A stretch of DNA of 64,000 bases. Origin: Corallochytrium limacisporum Hawaii. Taxonomy: Eukaryota; Protista; Pluriformea. The translations under genes and the position numbers were made by a program. The stretch spans positions 62,001 to 126,000 of the forward strand of contig PDIP01000026.1 of NCBI GenBank assembly GCA_002811645.1, given 5' to 3'. Each line of letters opens with the position of its first letter. Within the stretch, counting starts at the first letter, position 1. A model generated the notes under the pieces. That model was not told the origin of the DNA. It searched no databases and saw nothing but the letters and a program-made list of their open reading frames with translations. Below, in pieces: positions 1 to 11,401 of the stretch.

Positions 1-1842
1 ATCAAGATGCCCACCGGTCCCCACTTGAATGAATGCAATCTTGGGGTTCTCCCCTGGTCCAAGTCGTGTTGAGTGAGTGGACCGCACTGATCCGGTCTGT
101 GTGTGTATGGAACCCACTTGTTATACCGCCACTACCTCTACGGTCAACAGAAGGCTCCATCCCTGCACAGGCACACAACACTTCGGCGCATGCCAGTTAC
201 ACAGACTACCAGCGGAGATAATGCAAATCGATTATCTCTCCTCTCAAAGTATCTACGTCACATATTGAGAACGCTGCTAAGGTGGAACCTGTGCTCTCCA
301 CGGCTCCTCAGTCTAAGGGTTGACGAATCTCCAAATGAATCCTCCATACACAACCAACTGACTCACAGTCACCAGCAACGATAGGCATCCAACGGAAGTT
401 AGATGTTCAGCCGTCGAGTGATACGGGCTCGGGCAACTGCACGGATGTCCATATTCAGTAGGTGGGACACACACCGGGGATGGCTATTCATGGCAGACGA
501 TGTTGCGGTGGCTGCCAAAAAAGCAAAACGCCCCGGGGCACCCGGCTCAACAGACGCGCTCGTTTCTTTTACTTTCGTGCCCCTTATTCATTCTCCGCAC
601 TGCTTTTCCACCTCTTTTTTTCTTCCCCCCCTTTTTCATTTTTCTCGACCGGCCCGAGAGGCCTTCCCCTCCCCTTCCCGCTCCTCCCGTCTCTTCTCCC
701 AACTTTTTGCAGCCAAAATTGAAACATAGGAAAGCTCAGGGAGGAGGACAAGAGTTTAAGACGCAAGGCCGAGAGGGGAAGTGGAGGACACGCCCCCGGG
801 GGGGGGGGGGGGGGGAGGTACTACCGGGACAAGAGCGGCGGCTACCTGGGGCCAAATTTTCCCAGCACATGTGGTGGTGTGTGGTGTGTGTTGCGCGGAG
901 CGTCCCCTTCCAAACATTCACCTCATCATATTTCCATACTTGAAATGGAGCGGGTTGGGGCCACCTACCAAAATAACACCATTGTTAACACACCCTGCTC
1001 ATATTTTTTTTTTGCGGGAAATCGAAAATTCATGACTGACACTAATTATACACACTTACGCGGGATCTCCAAAACCACATATACCTACAATGTACAGTCA
1101 TTGTCCTCATCAGCATAATCATCTCATCACTTTCCACATCCACGGGCAGGACCACTTTCGGATTCACATTCTCTCTTGTCTTAGCGAAAATTGCCCCCCC
1201 TCCCTCACCTCCCCTTTTTTTGCCCCGTTTAAGTGTGTCCTTGCTGACGGCGGCACGCAGCATGGTATAAGGTCAGGCACAACCGGCCGCAGGCATAGAA
1301 TCTAGCATTGCAGGTGTGTCCACACCCGTCTCACCAACTATAATTGATGGTGATTGATGGAGATGGCCATCTACATTTTCCATCACATCCCGACACCCTG
1401 AAAAGAAAATTCAAAAAAAAAAATCCACCAACCGGGAACACACACACGCACACACACCACCTACGGAGAAAAATACCCTAAACTTTAGGTGCGGGACCGT
1501 CCGAAGCAGTTTTGGAAATTCGCTAACATGTGCATCTATACTTTTTTTCTCCACTCTCTCCCGCTTTATACCCGTTTGTTCTGATCTCAGTTGATGAAAC
1601 ATTCTATGCTGACGCGCCCAGTGGAAATGGACACAAACAAAACGGACATAAAAATTCTTTCAATAGGGAGAAGAGGCCAAATCACTCGTATTAGTGGGGA
1701 AGGTTCGGGACGCAACACAGCCACCAGGCCATCTAACCAGCGGAGCGGTCCCGCTGATGCCCTGGCGGTGTATAAAATGGCCCCTGTTTTTTTTTGGGAA
1801 ACAGCAAAAGCCTCTCCCCCTCTCTCCCTCTCTCTCTCTCTC

Positions 1843-1902
1843 TCTCACTTTCTCACTTTCTCACTTTCTCACTTTCTCACTTTCTCACTTTCTCACTTTC
1901 TC
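1843..1902. repeat. 8-bp tandem repeat (TTTCTCAC)n, about 7 copies, after a (CT)n tract
   Basis: Directly visible: tctcactttctcactttctcacttt... Confidence 0.95.
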
Positions 1903-4341
1903 CTCTTTGTATATTTTCTTTGTTTCCTGTCCTTCGTTTGCTTCTTTCTTCTTCCTTTTATTCTTGGGCCGTACGCGCTTTGCTTCTTCTATTTTCTTTT
2001 GCGGGTTTGGAGAGTGACGCGGGGAGGCCGGCCAAGGACTCAATTGGGTCAGCGATCGCACTAAAACAGACAAACGGTCCGGCCTTTGGAGCTCGGAGCT
2101 GGGGACGTGTGCGAGACACACACACACACACACACACCCCATGAGGTGGAATCGAAAAGATTGGTAGTGACCGAATCTTCAGGGCAAGGCTCTCTCTCTC
2201 CAACGTCACATATAGGTATTCATTCCTATGAGTAAAACACAGGCCGGGGACGACCCTTTTCCGGGACAAGGGACAGAAACAGGAAGGTAGCCTTCTTTGA
2301 CAAAAGCATCTGCAGAGTTGCAAAATGGGGGGGGAATCGGTAAACGGCTGTAGTACTAATATGTGGTAATTTCAACAGAAACATGGTGTAATTGACCAAA
2401 TAGCTAAGTTGATTGACTCGAGAGATAATGTTTTGATTGTCAACCGGTGAACCGAGAAACTATGGAGCAATGTGCATTAGAGATTTTGACAAGAGTTGCC
2501 AATTGCTGCTATCTCTTATCCATAGGTTCAATATCGAGACTCAACCTTGCATTAGTAGAACCACTAAGAGGGAAACTGCAAGGTATCCATTTTGGAAGGA
2601 AAGTGTGGCTCAATAACGCAAAACGTTAGGTCCTTGCGCCAAGGATGTGGGGAGGGCCTAACATCCAGTGAGCGCAAACTAGCCCATTTTAGTATATTTT
2701 CTATGCAGACTGAAACAGTCATGCGAAATAAATGCAAGACGCGCCAAGAGAGAAGAAATTCGGAGTGCCGGGGACCCAAATAAACAAAAAGTTGCAGTTC
2801 TTCATTTCCCCACAAAGCACGAGGGGTCGAGAGACTCATAGCGCCGCTTTCTTAAACAATCCACAAGTCTACCGTACAGCGGAAGGTTGGAGAAAGGCTG
2901 GGATGGGGAAGGGAAGGGAGAAGGGAAGGGGGGGGGGAGACTATGGTAGACAAAAAATTGTCGGATTAGGTGAGTGGAAGGTTATGTGAGAAAAAGTCTG
3001 AAACGGTAAAAACAAATATTAAGAGCGATAGAAGAAAACTTTTTTCACATTTTTTCATGGCTCGTTTTCGTTTTACATTCTACCAGTACTAAATTCACGC
3101 AAAGCCAGCTCCGCGTTTCTGAAAAATTGAGAATTCGACCCTGGTTTGATTTGTTCAAATATGGACCGGAAGACGGAGAAATTGAGAAGTGACTAAGATT
3201 CTATATGAAACCTTTGGAGAGACCAAGGCACCTGTAGATCGATCGATCTCACAGACTTGCGAAATGAACGCATATACCTACTGATGTACAGTAAACATAT
3301 CTAAATTGCATTTATGCATCAGTAATATATAGTAAATGTATTGAATTTATACCCTTGCACTGTGTAATTGTGTTGAAAGGCCCCACATTCACGCACGGCG
3401 AAGATCGTGAGCCGTCATGCACAATAGACGGTGGAAGCAATTTACTTGTGCAGTACTGTGAACATTTTCGAAAGGCCACAAATACATCTAATACTTAAGA
3501 CAGGGCACTGAAGCAAGGGACTCATTTTCTTTGTTCGTGCCCTCTCATTTGTTTCACAAGCCGTCTTCTACTAACAGCGGATCATGCAAGTTTTGCACCA
3601 GCACGCGCATGCGAATAGACAAAACCTGTGCTCTGATACAGGCACCAGGGTTGGTATACCATCTAGACTTCAAATCCGCATAATGTTCGTATGGTTTGAA
3701 AATGTTACTCATGGCCACGATGTAAACGATTGTATGTGCAATGTGCGGGTGGTTGCTGTTGCGATCCGCAGCACCACGGCCACAAAAACACTGAGACGAT
3801 TGCGCACGGGGCCGCCCCAAATATCCATCACTTCCCGGGAGCTCGGAGCCATAGTAGCCCTATATTGAATCATAAAAAGCAGCTGTTTTCTTTTTTTTTT
3901 GAACCGGTGGTTTTCACCGCCTACCATAGGCCGGAACTGTGGGTTGGGACTTGGGCGGATCACTTTAAACCGTCGGCCGCATAGGTTCAGTAGATTGACT
4001 AATTCATTCTGCATTCTACCGGAAGAGTGACTCGGACTCCCCAACCCCCCCCCCCTTCTACGCCCACGCAAGGTGTGGCGTATTGAACCCAAGCCCAACC
4101 CGGGCCCCTGTGTCTTGTGAACTTAAACTGTTAGAAATGGAGTGGAATATTTATAATCGCAAGCACTCAGACTTCGGCGGATAATAACGCAGAGATTACT
4201 TGGCTTGCCAGATCCTCTCCTCTTCTCGGTTGTTGCTTCCACATGATCTTCTCATACAATGGGGTCTCTGAATTCGCTGTGCAAGAAGCAGCATCATGGA
4301 GACTATCCAACCCGACATGACAACCCTTTCTCCTTTTCTCA

Positions 4342-4473
4342 TCAGTTCGAGCATGCGCAGAAGTTGCACGCTCTGCCGCAGTAACAGGTAGCACATGGGC
4401 CGGCCAGGGCCGCAGGAGCCGAGCAACAACACAGCAGACAAAGAGACGCAGTCAAAGCAAGCAGTACATTCAT
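4342..4473 (-). CDS. Putative small secreted cysteine-rich peptide precursor, 43 aa: MNVLLALTASLCLLCCCSAPAALA|GPCATCYCGRACNFCACSN
   Basis: Hand translation of the minus strand; below the 60-aa ORF cutoff. ATG at 4473, hydrophobic leader ending in an A-L-A signal-peptidase motif, 19-aa mature region with 6 Cys (CxxCxC-GRA-CxxCxC), tandem TGA TGA stop. Confidence 0.6.
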   Translation of the reverse strand: MNVLLALTASLCLLCCCSAPAALAGPCATCYCGRACNFCACSN

Positions 4474-7295
4474 CTCGTTCTAGAACACCGAGAGGAACTG
4501 GAATCGGGCGCGAAACAACTATCAGGCCAGTGGGTTTGAGTTTTCTATAAACTTTTGTGACTTTAGACTGTGTGCTCGTACGTTCTTCCGTTCCTAGGTC
4601 GCTTTAGCATCCCGGAATCTTATCCTTGGTCAATGGATTAGCAAAATTGGATCTAGAGTGGAGGCTGCGCACTCAAGTGTCTGCTCGCACTCCCGACAAC
4701 CTCCCAAAATACAGCCCAAGGTCCTGGCCGCAGGATTTACGGTGGAGGTTGATTCCCTTCATTATATCCAATGAATGGCTTTGTTTGGGCCGGAGCACTT
4801 GGTGTTGGGTAACTCTACACACATGCAGGTTGCCCCTTTTGTTCCGGAGCGTGCAAAAAGCACACAACGGCCCGGTTCCGTGTCGGTCTCTTCGTCCGCC
4901 CGGCTCTGATCCTTAGACCCAGCAGCAGAGAAATAAAAATAGTAAAGTGAGGTGCGTACTGAAACAGTCCCAGGTCAGCAAAGGGGGAGCTCCGTGGTGA
5001 TCACTAGGCTATGTGTATAAACAATGGTAAGGATTTCCTCCTATGTAATTTTGCAGCCGTTGAGGGTTTTTCGTAGTGGGTAGACCTGAGCAAGACGGGC
5101 GGGCAGGTGTAGGGCGAACGCGTGTCGGCCGTACTCATATACTTTTTGGCGGTGGGGCGGGTGCATCGTATGGAGCCATAGAACTCAATTTCTATATCAA
5201 ATGTACTACCATAGTGCTGGAAACTAGCCAAAAAGGCTCTGCTCAGCTGAAAATGCTTCCTGCGAAATATGTGCCTAGAGGGGAGGATAAGACAACCAGT
5301 AAGAATTTTTTCAATCTCTCAGCCTACTGGTCATGCTATTACTATATGTTTTTAGCACTGAATGTGCTCAATATCGCGCTTCTGGATACCCCTGAGCGAG
5401 TCTGTGCAAGAGAGCGGGGTCAGTCGGCAAAGATGATTTTATTCTGGCACGGTTTTCTTTCCAACTCCCTACCTGCACCTGCGTAGAGGAAGTACTCGGT
5501 GGAGTTCTGGTGCTCCAAGGATAAAGAAAATTAGATACACTTCAGGTGGATCCGTGCGCGGGGGTAACCCGTTTGTATACCAAACTGCATTCGGTTTTGC
5601 GTCAAGAAAGGCTTAGTAGGTTGTTACTTTCCCCGGATTCCTCTGAGGAGAGAGAGGGATTTCTATACTTTTTCTAGGCAATCCTTGCGTAGAGAAGTAA
5701 AAAAAAAGAACGAACCCTAGAGTCTTCTGACGAGAGAAAGTAAGAAGATCTCGACCTCTTCCCTTCCCCTCCCCCCCCCCCGGGGGGGGGGCCGAAAAAA
5801 GTGAAAACAACGGGCGAAAAAACATAGCAGCGAAGGACGAGGAGGAGGAGAAGGGGGGGTGACCCTTGGGTAGCCACTGTTGCCCAGACCATCCCCCCCC
5901 CGGGCGGCCATTTGGATTGCTTATATATCCGGACTTATTTATAAACAGGTATTTAGAAGATGGCAGTATATATTAATTCGGGCTGGTCCGAGTGTGGGAA
6001 GGGACAAAGCAATAGGCAACCGAAGCATTATGACAGCTACCTGGAGGGGGAGGGGTAAATAACAACAAATGGCCAAGGCACGTACTCCCTTCTTGATCGG
6101 TGCTGTGTATATACTCACCGAACCGTTGTGGAGGGAAGCGAAGAGAGAAGGTGGAGGAGGAGGGGCAATTTTACAGGCCTCATCTCCTGGCCCGTCCAAA
6201 CACTCGCGGGAAGTCAGAGTCGGGTACTGAATTTAGTACCACGGGAGGGTTGGTCCCATGACCCACATTGAAGAAGAGATCAGCACACACACACACACAC
6301 GCCAGAACAACTGCTCTGGAGGCTTTTCGTTCTGTAGGGACAACCACCTATGGGCCTCAACACACGTGCACACCACGCTCCAACTCATTCAGATGGCCTA
6401 CCATCTACTGCACATGATAAGGATGGGAGATGATGTCGCACTCTGGTGGCATCTGCCCTTGTCTTGCTTTGGTACACGGTAGAAGGGACTGTGGTGGGTG
6501 ACCGACAACAACAAAAGCCGCCAGCCCCCCCCCTCGGGGAGGGGGGGGCCTTGTCGCTCTCCACCGGCCTGTGACGACTGAAAAACTACACGTATCAAAG
6601 TAGAGTCTCCCCCGAGAACCGTCCCATCTCCGCAGTACCCGTTCTACTACGGTGGGGACCAAAAACAACTCTGGAGGGTACAAAGCCGGAAAACAAAACA
6701 AGGGGCCCGGTGGGGCAGGGCAGGGCCGAAAATGAAACCGGCGGGGACTGGGTGCTCCTGTTCGTTCACCAGCCGATCTGGCCTAGCTCCCCCCAAAAAG
6801 CCAGTCCGGAAAACCAGTACTAAATAAACTAAACAAATTTCCCGGCCAGGGCGAATCTGACACTTCAATCGCCCTGACTCACACAACCCTCCACCCTTAG
6901 TCTCAGCGTTTGTGGGACCGAGGCGAGGCTCGTGTTGGGAGGGGGGTGTAGTAGACCCGAGACTCGTAACAAACTCTCCCCAGTGCTTTTACAGCTTTCG
7001 GGCCATTTTCTTTTCCGCTTTGGCTGTGTGTGTGTGACACCTTACGCGATTTTCTTGGGCCTTGGGGGAAGACAGGGGAGCGGGACACAGAGAGAGAGAG
7101 CTCTGTTTTGGCATAATCTGGTGCCGTGGGTTTTGGCACCGTGGAATGGTTTGAAGACTCATTTCTTTTGTTTTGGAAGCAGAACACGGTGGCAGGTATG
7201 TTACAAAAGGAACGTCGGTAAACATTTTTTATGCGGGGCGATAGTGGCATTACTCACATTAGTTATTCGGTGGGAACGACATAAATCTAGCAATC

Positions 7296-7973
7296 ATGGC
7301 CTTGTCTGACGAAGAAGTGACCCGCCAGATTCGGCAAATGGTTGCCTTTATTGAGCAGGAGGCCGCTGAGAAGGCGAACGAAATCTCGGTCAAGGCTGAG
7401 GAAGAATTCAACATTGAAAAGGGCAAAATTGTGCAGCAGGAAAAGCTCAAAATCATGCAGCAGTACGAGCGCAAGCAGAAGAACGCCAACATTGACCGGA
7501 AGATTCAGTACTCAAACGCGCTCAACAAGAGTCGCTTACAGGTTTTGAAAGCCAAGGAAGATACAATCGAGGAACTGATTGAGAAGGCCCGCCGGGATCT
7601 GTCCAACCTGGCAAAGGACTCTGGCAAGTACAGTAAGCTCATGGAGAGCCTGGTCCTGGAGGGTTGCTTCGGTGTCCTCGAAAATGAAATGGTAGTTGTG
7701 TGCCGTGAGCAGGACAAGAATGTGGTGAACGGAGTGCTGAGTGGAGCTCAGAAGAGGTACACTGAAGCCACGGGCAAGAATGTTTCTCTTGCCATTTCTT
7801 CCACATACCTTCCCAAGGACTCTGCCGGAGGTGTTGAAGTCTCCAACAAGGACGGATCTATCAAGTCCATGAACACCCTGGAGGAGCGTCTGGAATTTGC
7901 TGCTCGTGAGCTGCAGCCTGAATTGCGCACCACCGTCTTCGGAGAGAATCCCGAGCGTGCCCACGCTGCGTAA
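7296..7973 (+). CDS. ATP6V1E: V-type proton ATPase subunit E
   Basis: MALSDEEV..QIRQMVAFIEQEAAEKANEI.VKAEEEFNIEKGKIV, GGV and NTLEERL motifs; 225 aa is the typical length; single ORF. Confidence 0.97.
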   Translation: MALSDEEVTRQIRQMVAFIEQEAAEKANEISVKAEEEFNIEKGKIVQQEKLKIMQQYERKQKNANIDRKIQYSNALNKSRLQVLKAKEDTIEELIEKARRDLSNLAKDSGKYSKLMESLVLEGCFGVLENEMVVVCREQDKNVVNGVLSGAQKRYTEATGKNVSLAISSTYLPKDSAGGVEVSNKDGSIKSMNTLEERLEFAARELQPELRTTVFGENPERAHAA

Positions 7974-8500
7974 GGGTTTACTATCATGTGACGCACATGC
8001 GACACCACACACAGACAACACACAGACACACATATATACATACACATTGGACGTTTGCAGGGGCAGAGAGTCGGACATCCAGCACCAAGTCAGGATACCC
8101 GAGGGTCTGATTCTTGTAAACGCATCACATGTACGAAATCACACTCCTAATCATTACATTGTTGAAGTAGTATCAAAATCCGAACCGACCATGCAATGGG
8201 TTTCACTCCACTCTGTACACTGTCTTGCTGAGACGGAAACACCGAATACATGCATACACAGGTGATCACAGTAACGGCAAAGAAAGGGTTATTAGAGAAA
8301 TGGTTCATGCCCTACAGGGCAGGCAAGTCTATTGGGAAAACTTTTTATGGCGCCACCGGGGCCCATGACATTGTGCGCGCCCCCCCCAAGTGTTGTACTC
8401 ATCGGGCATCCGGACCATGGCTTTGGTGATTTACGACGGGAGTTTTCGTCAAAAATCTTAGTTGGTCTCATCATTTCTTTTGACTGTTATGTTTCAAACA

Positions 8501-10255
8501 CTATCCCACAATTCGGTACGCCCGGTAGCTCGGAGCGTCCGTTGAAGAGATGGAAAAGACAGAGGCAACGACCAGGAGAACTTCGTTGGTATTGGCGTTG
8601 CGCACGGTCAAGAGGCTGCCAAGATTGCACACCACATTGTCCATTTGCTGTCGATCTGTAATGGCGCTCGCCTTTTGAATGACATCTTGCACAAAGTCAC
8701 ACAGAGGACTGATCGCAATCTCGTAGGCATACGGTGCCTCGCGGTCATAGGTCACCTGCGTCTGGACACGCTCCGTAGCCTGACGGCCAAAGGAGTACAC
8801 GGCACTGCTACACGACAGCTGGTAGTCGTGGTCAGTTTCCAGATGGATCACGTGAGTGAAGTCCGAATGCATGGCGTGTTCGGCGGCACGGGAATTCACC
8901 CAGAAGGACATCATGTAGAAGCGATCCTTCACTCCGTTGCGGAACATGTCGGGAAGGTCCGGAAACATGCCGGCCAGCTGGCTTAGGGGCATACTTTCCA
9001 AGTAGCCAGCGGTCATGGGCTGGTTCATGTGCATGACATACTCGGCATTCGGGCGCTGAGCGCCGCTGTTGCCATGCTTGGGCAGACTGTACAGCATGTA
9101 CTGGTTCAAGCGCACAGGATTCTGGTTCTGGGCACTGGCACCGGACGGGTACTGACTGTTCAAGCTCTCGGCCTGCGGACTGCTGCGTGGCTGAGGTGCA
9201 GTGTGCTGCTGTTCGGACTTAACCTGTAACTGGGCAACTGTGGCCGGATCATCGGGTTGAACGCTGCTGTTGCTGGCAGTTTGAGAACGCTCAGGATAAG
9301 AGCCTTGCTGTCCTTGACCAGTCATGGACGACGGTTGCCCAGCTTGCTGCATGTTCATGCCACCGGTGGCAGCACCATGTTGGGCAGGCGTTTGGGGAGC
9401 AGCAGCAGCAGTTTGCTGAATTGGGACTTCCCCCGGATACGACGGTACGCGGGCCTGGGGTGCCGAGCCATACATTACGTTCGTACCTTGTCCCATTTGG
9501 GCGGCAGCTGCGTAGGCTCTGGACATTGGCAGCTGCATCTGCTGGCTCTGACGGACAGCCGCGTAGGGGAGCTGCTGGTCATATGGGTTCCGCATACCAC
9601 CAAGTTGACCCTCGACGCCAGTCTGGCTGGGATTGCGGCTGGCGTACCCAGCGGTCATGCCGGGCATTCCCGCGGTCTGGGTGTTGTATTCGCCTTGCAT
9701 TCCGTACTCAACGGGATAGTCGGGGCCCACTGCCATTCTGTACATGTCATAACCGGGTGTCTGTTGTGATCCGGCAGCGGCAGTGCCGTAGGGGAACCGA
9801 AGGTGCTGGTCCATTGGGGCACTCACAATCTGCGCGGAAGACATCCCCTGCATACCATCTTCAGCCACTCGCTGCATTTCTGGGTCACAGTTCTTGAGGC
9901 GTCCCTTCATCTCACGCTGGCGCTTGCGGGCCAGAACTTGAATGTGACTCGAGACCTGTTTCCGCGAGCGATATTTCTTGGTTTTCTGATAGATATACCG
10001 AGCTATTAACTCATTTCTTCCATACATCTTGCCTTCTTCAGCCAAGATGATCTTGCGTCTCCCACACGGTGGGTAGAGAACCAGGGCTTCTTCAAAGGCC
10101 TCTTCTGTATCTTTGGACCAGACAACTTCATCTTCGTCTTCCCCCCCCGCTACGGAGGCCGGAGACTTCTCCTTGTCTGACATGTCAGGCGCAAAGCTTG
10201 AGACGCTATCAAAACTTCTCATCCACCCCCTATCGACTGCAACTTTACTAAGCAT
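8501..10255 (-). CDS. TEAD: TEAD/Scalloped transcription factor (TEA domain, Q/P/G-rich linker, YAP-binding domain)
   Basis: TEA domain VWSKDTEEAFEEALVLYPPCGRRKIILAEEGKMYGRNELIARYI...RKQVSSHIQVLA. C-terminal FYMMSFW, CSSAVYSFGRQATERVQT, SPLCDF and EVLLVVASVF match animal TEAD YAP-binding-domain blocks. Confidence 0.95.
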   Translation of the reverse strand: MLSKVAVDRGWMRSFDSVSSFAPDMSDKEKSPASVAGGEDEDEVVWSKDTEEAFEEALVLYPPCGRRKIILAEEGKMYGRNELIARYIYQKTKKYRSRKQVSSHIQVLARKRQREMKGRLKNCDPEMQRVAEDGMQGMSSAQIVSAPMDQHLRFPYGTAAAGSQQTPGYDMYRMAVGPDYPVEYGMQGEYNTQTAGMPGMTAGYASRNPSQTGVEGQLGGMRNPYDQQLPYAAVRQSQQMQLPMSRAYAAAAQMGQGTNVMYGSAPQARVPSYPGEVPIQQTAAAAPQTPAQHGAATGGMNMQQAGQPSSMTGQGQQGSYPERSQTASNSSVQPDDPATVAQLQVKSEQQHTAPQPRSSPQAESLNSQYPSGASAQNQNPVRLNQYMLYSLPKHGNSGAQRPNAEYVMHMNQPMTAGYLESMPLSQLAGMFPDLPDMFRNGVKDRFYMMSFWVNSRAAEHAMHSDFTHVIHLETDHDYQLSCSSAVYSFGRQATERVQTQVTYDREAPYAYEIAISPLCDFVQDVIQKASAITDRQQMDNVVCNLGSLLTVRNANTNEVLLVVASVFSISSTDAPSYRAYRIVG

Positions 10256-11347
10256 GTGTTTAACTGTTCAATTTCCCATATGCGACGAGGTGTCGTTCAC
10301 GGCGTACAGATCTTGAGGAACATTGGTGGTGGACTCTTACTTTCACTTCTTGCTGATTCTTTCTCTTTCAAACCTGAACGGTTATTGTTCATTGCGAAGA
10401 CGACGAATACTACTGAACAAAGATCTGCACTTCACTTTCTTACATAGCTGTCCTACGGTGCCGGGTTGATCCGCTCTCATGTTAATATCAGGAGAGAGCG
10501 ACGACCCGCAATACGGGAGCGGAGTATCCAACAGCGAGGAGAGAAGGTAGGCATCATTAATCACTAACGGTCACATCGGTAAAGACGAGAAACGTAGATA
10601 GGTAAGACGGGGGAGACACCGTCTAACAGAGATATCGAAGAAAACAAAATTGTGAGGCCAGACACTTTGGTAAAAGTAACATCATAGGCAGGACACTTCT
10701 GCCGCACACACACACTCACTCACGCACTGGCCTGACCAACCAACCAAACATCCCTCCCTCCACTCCCTACTTCCATCCCCCCCCCTTCCCCACCACCACT
10801 TCCTCCTCCCCGCAAGCGTACAACCAATACACACTACCCNNNNNNNNNNNNNNNNNNNNNNNNNNNNNNNNNNNNGGGGGGAAAGAAGGGGAAGGGGGGG
10901 GAGGGTGAAGGGAAGCGAAAAGACAAGAAGAAAAAAAAGGGAGAGAGAAACCCTGCAAACGAAGGAAGGAGAAGGGGGAGGGGGGGGAAGGCAGGTAATC
11001 CAGCCCCTCCCCCCGTTGCGACGAAGACAGTTTTGAAACGGTGGGTTGATTACCAGTATACAAAGTCAATACACAAGAAATTCAAAATGCGGGGACCGAC
11101 AGGAGAACAAAAAAAAAAGTTTGGGGAGGGCAGACGACACAAGAAACGAAGGAGAAAGGNNNNNNNNNNNNNNNNNNNNNNNNNNNNNNNNNNNNNNNNN
11201 NNNNNNNNNNNNNNNNNNNNNNNNNNNNNNNNNNNNNNNNNNAGAAAAAGGGGGGGGGGGGGGGGGAGGGGGGAAGGGGGAAGGGAAGGGGGAAAGACAG
11301 GTTGGTGTTGGTGGTAAATGGGTGAAGAGGGCCCCGAAGGAGAGAGG

Positions 11348-11349
<2 letters not shown>

Positions 11350-11398
<49 letters not shown>
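11350..11398. repeat. (GA)n microsatellite
   Basis: Directly visible. Confidence 0.95.
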
Positions 11399-11401
<3 letters not shown>

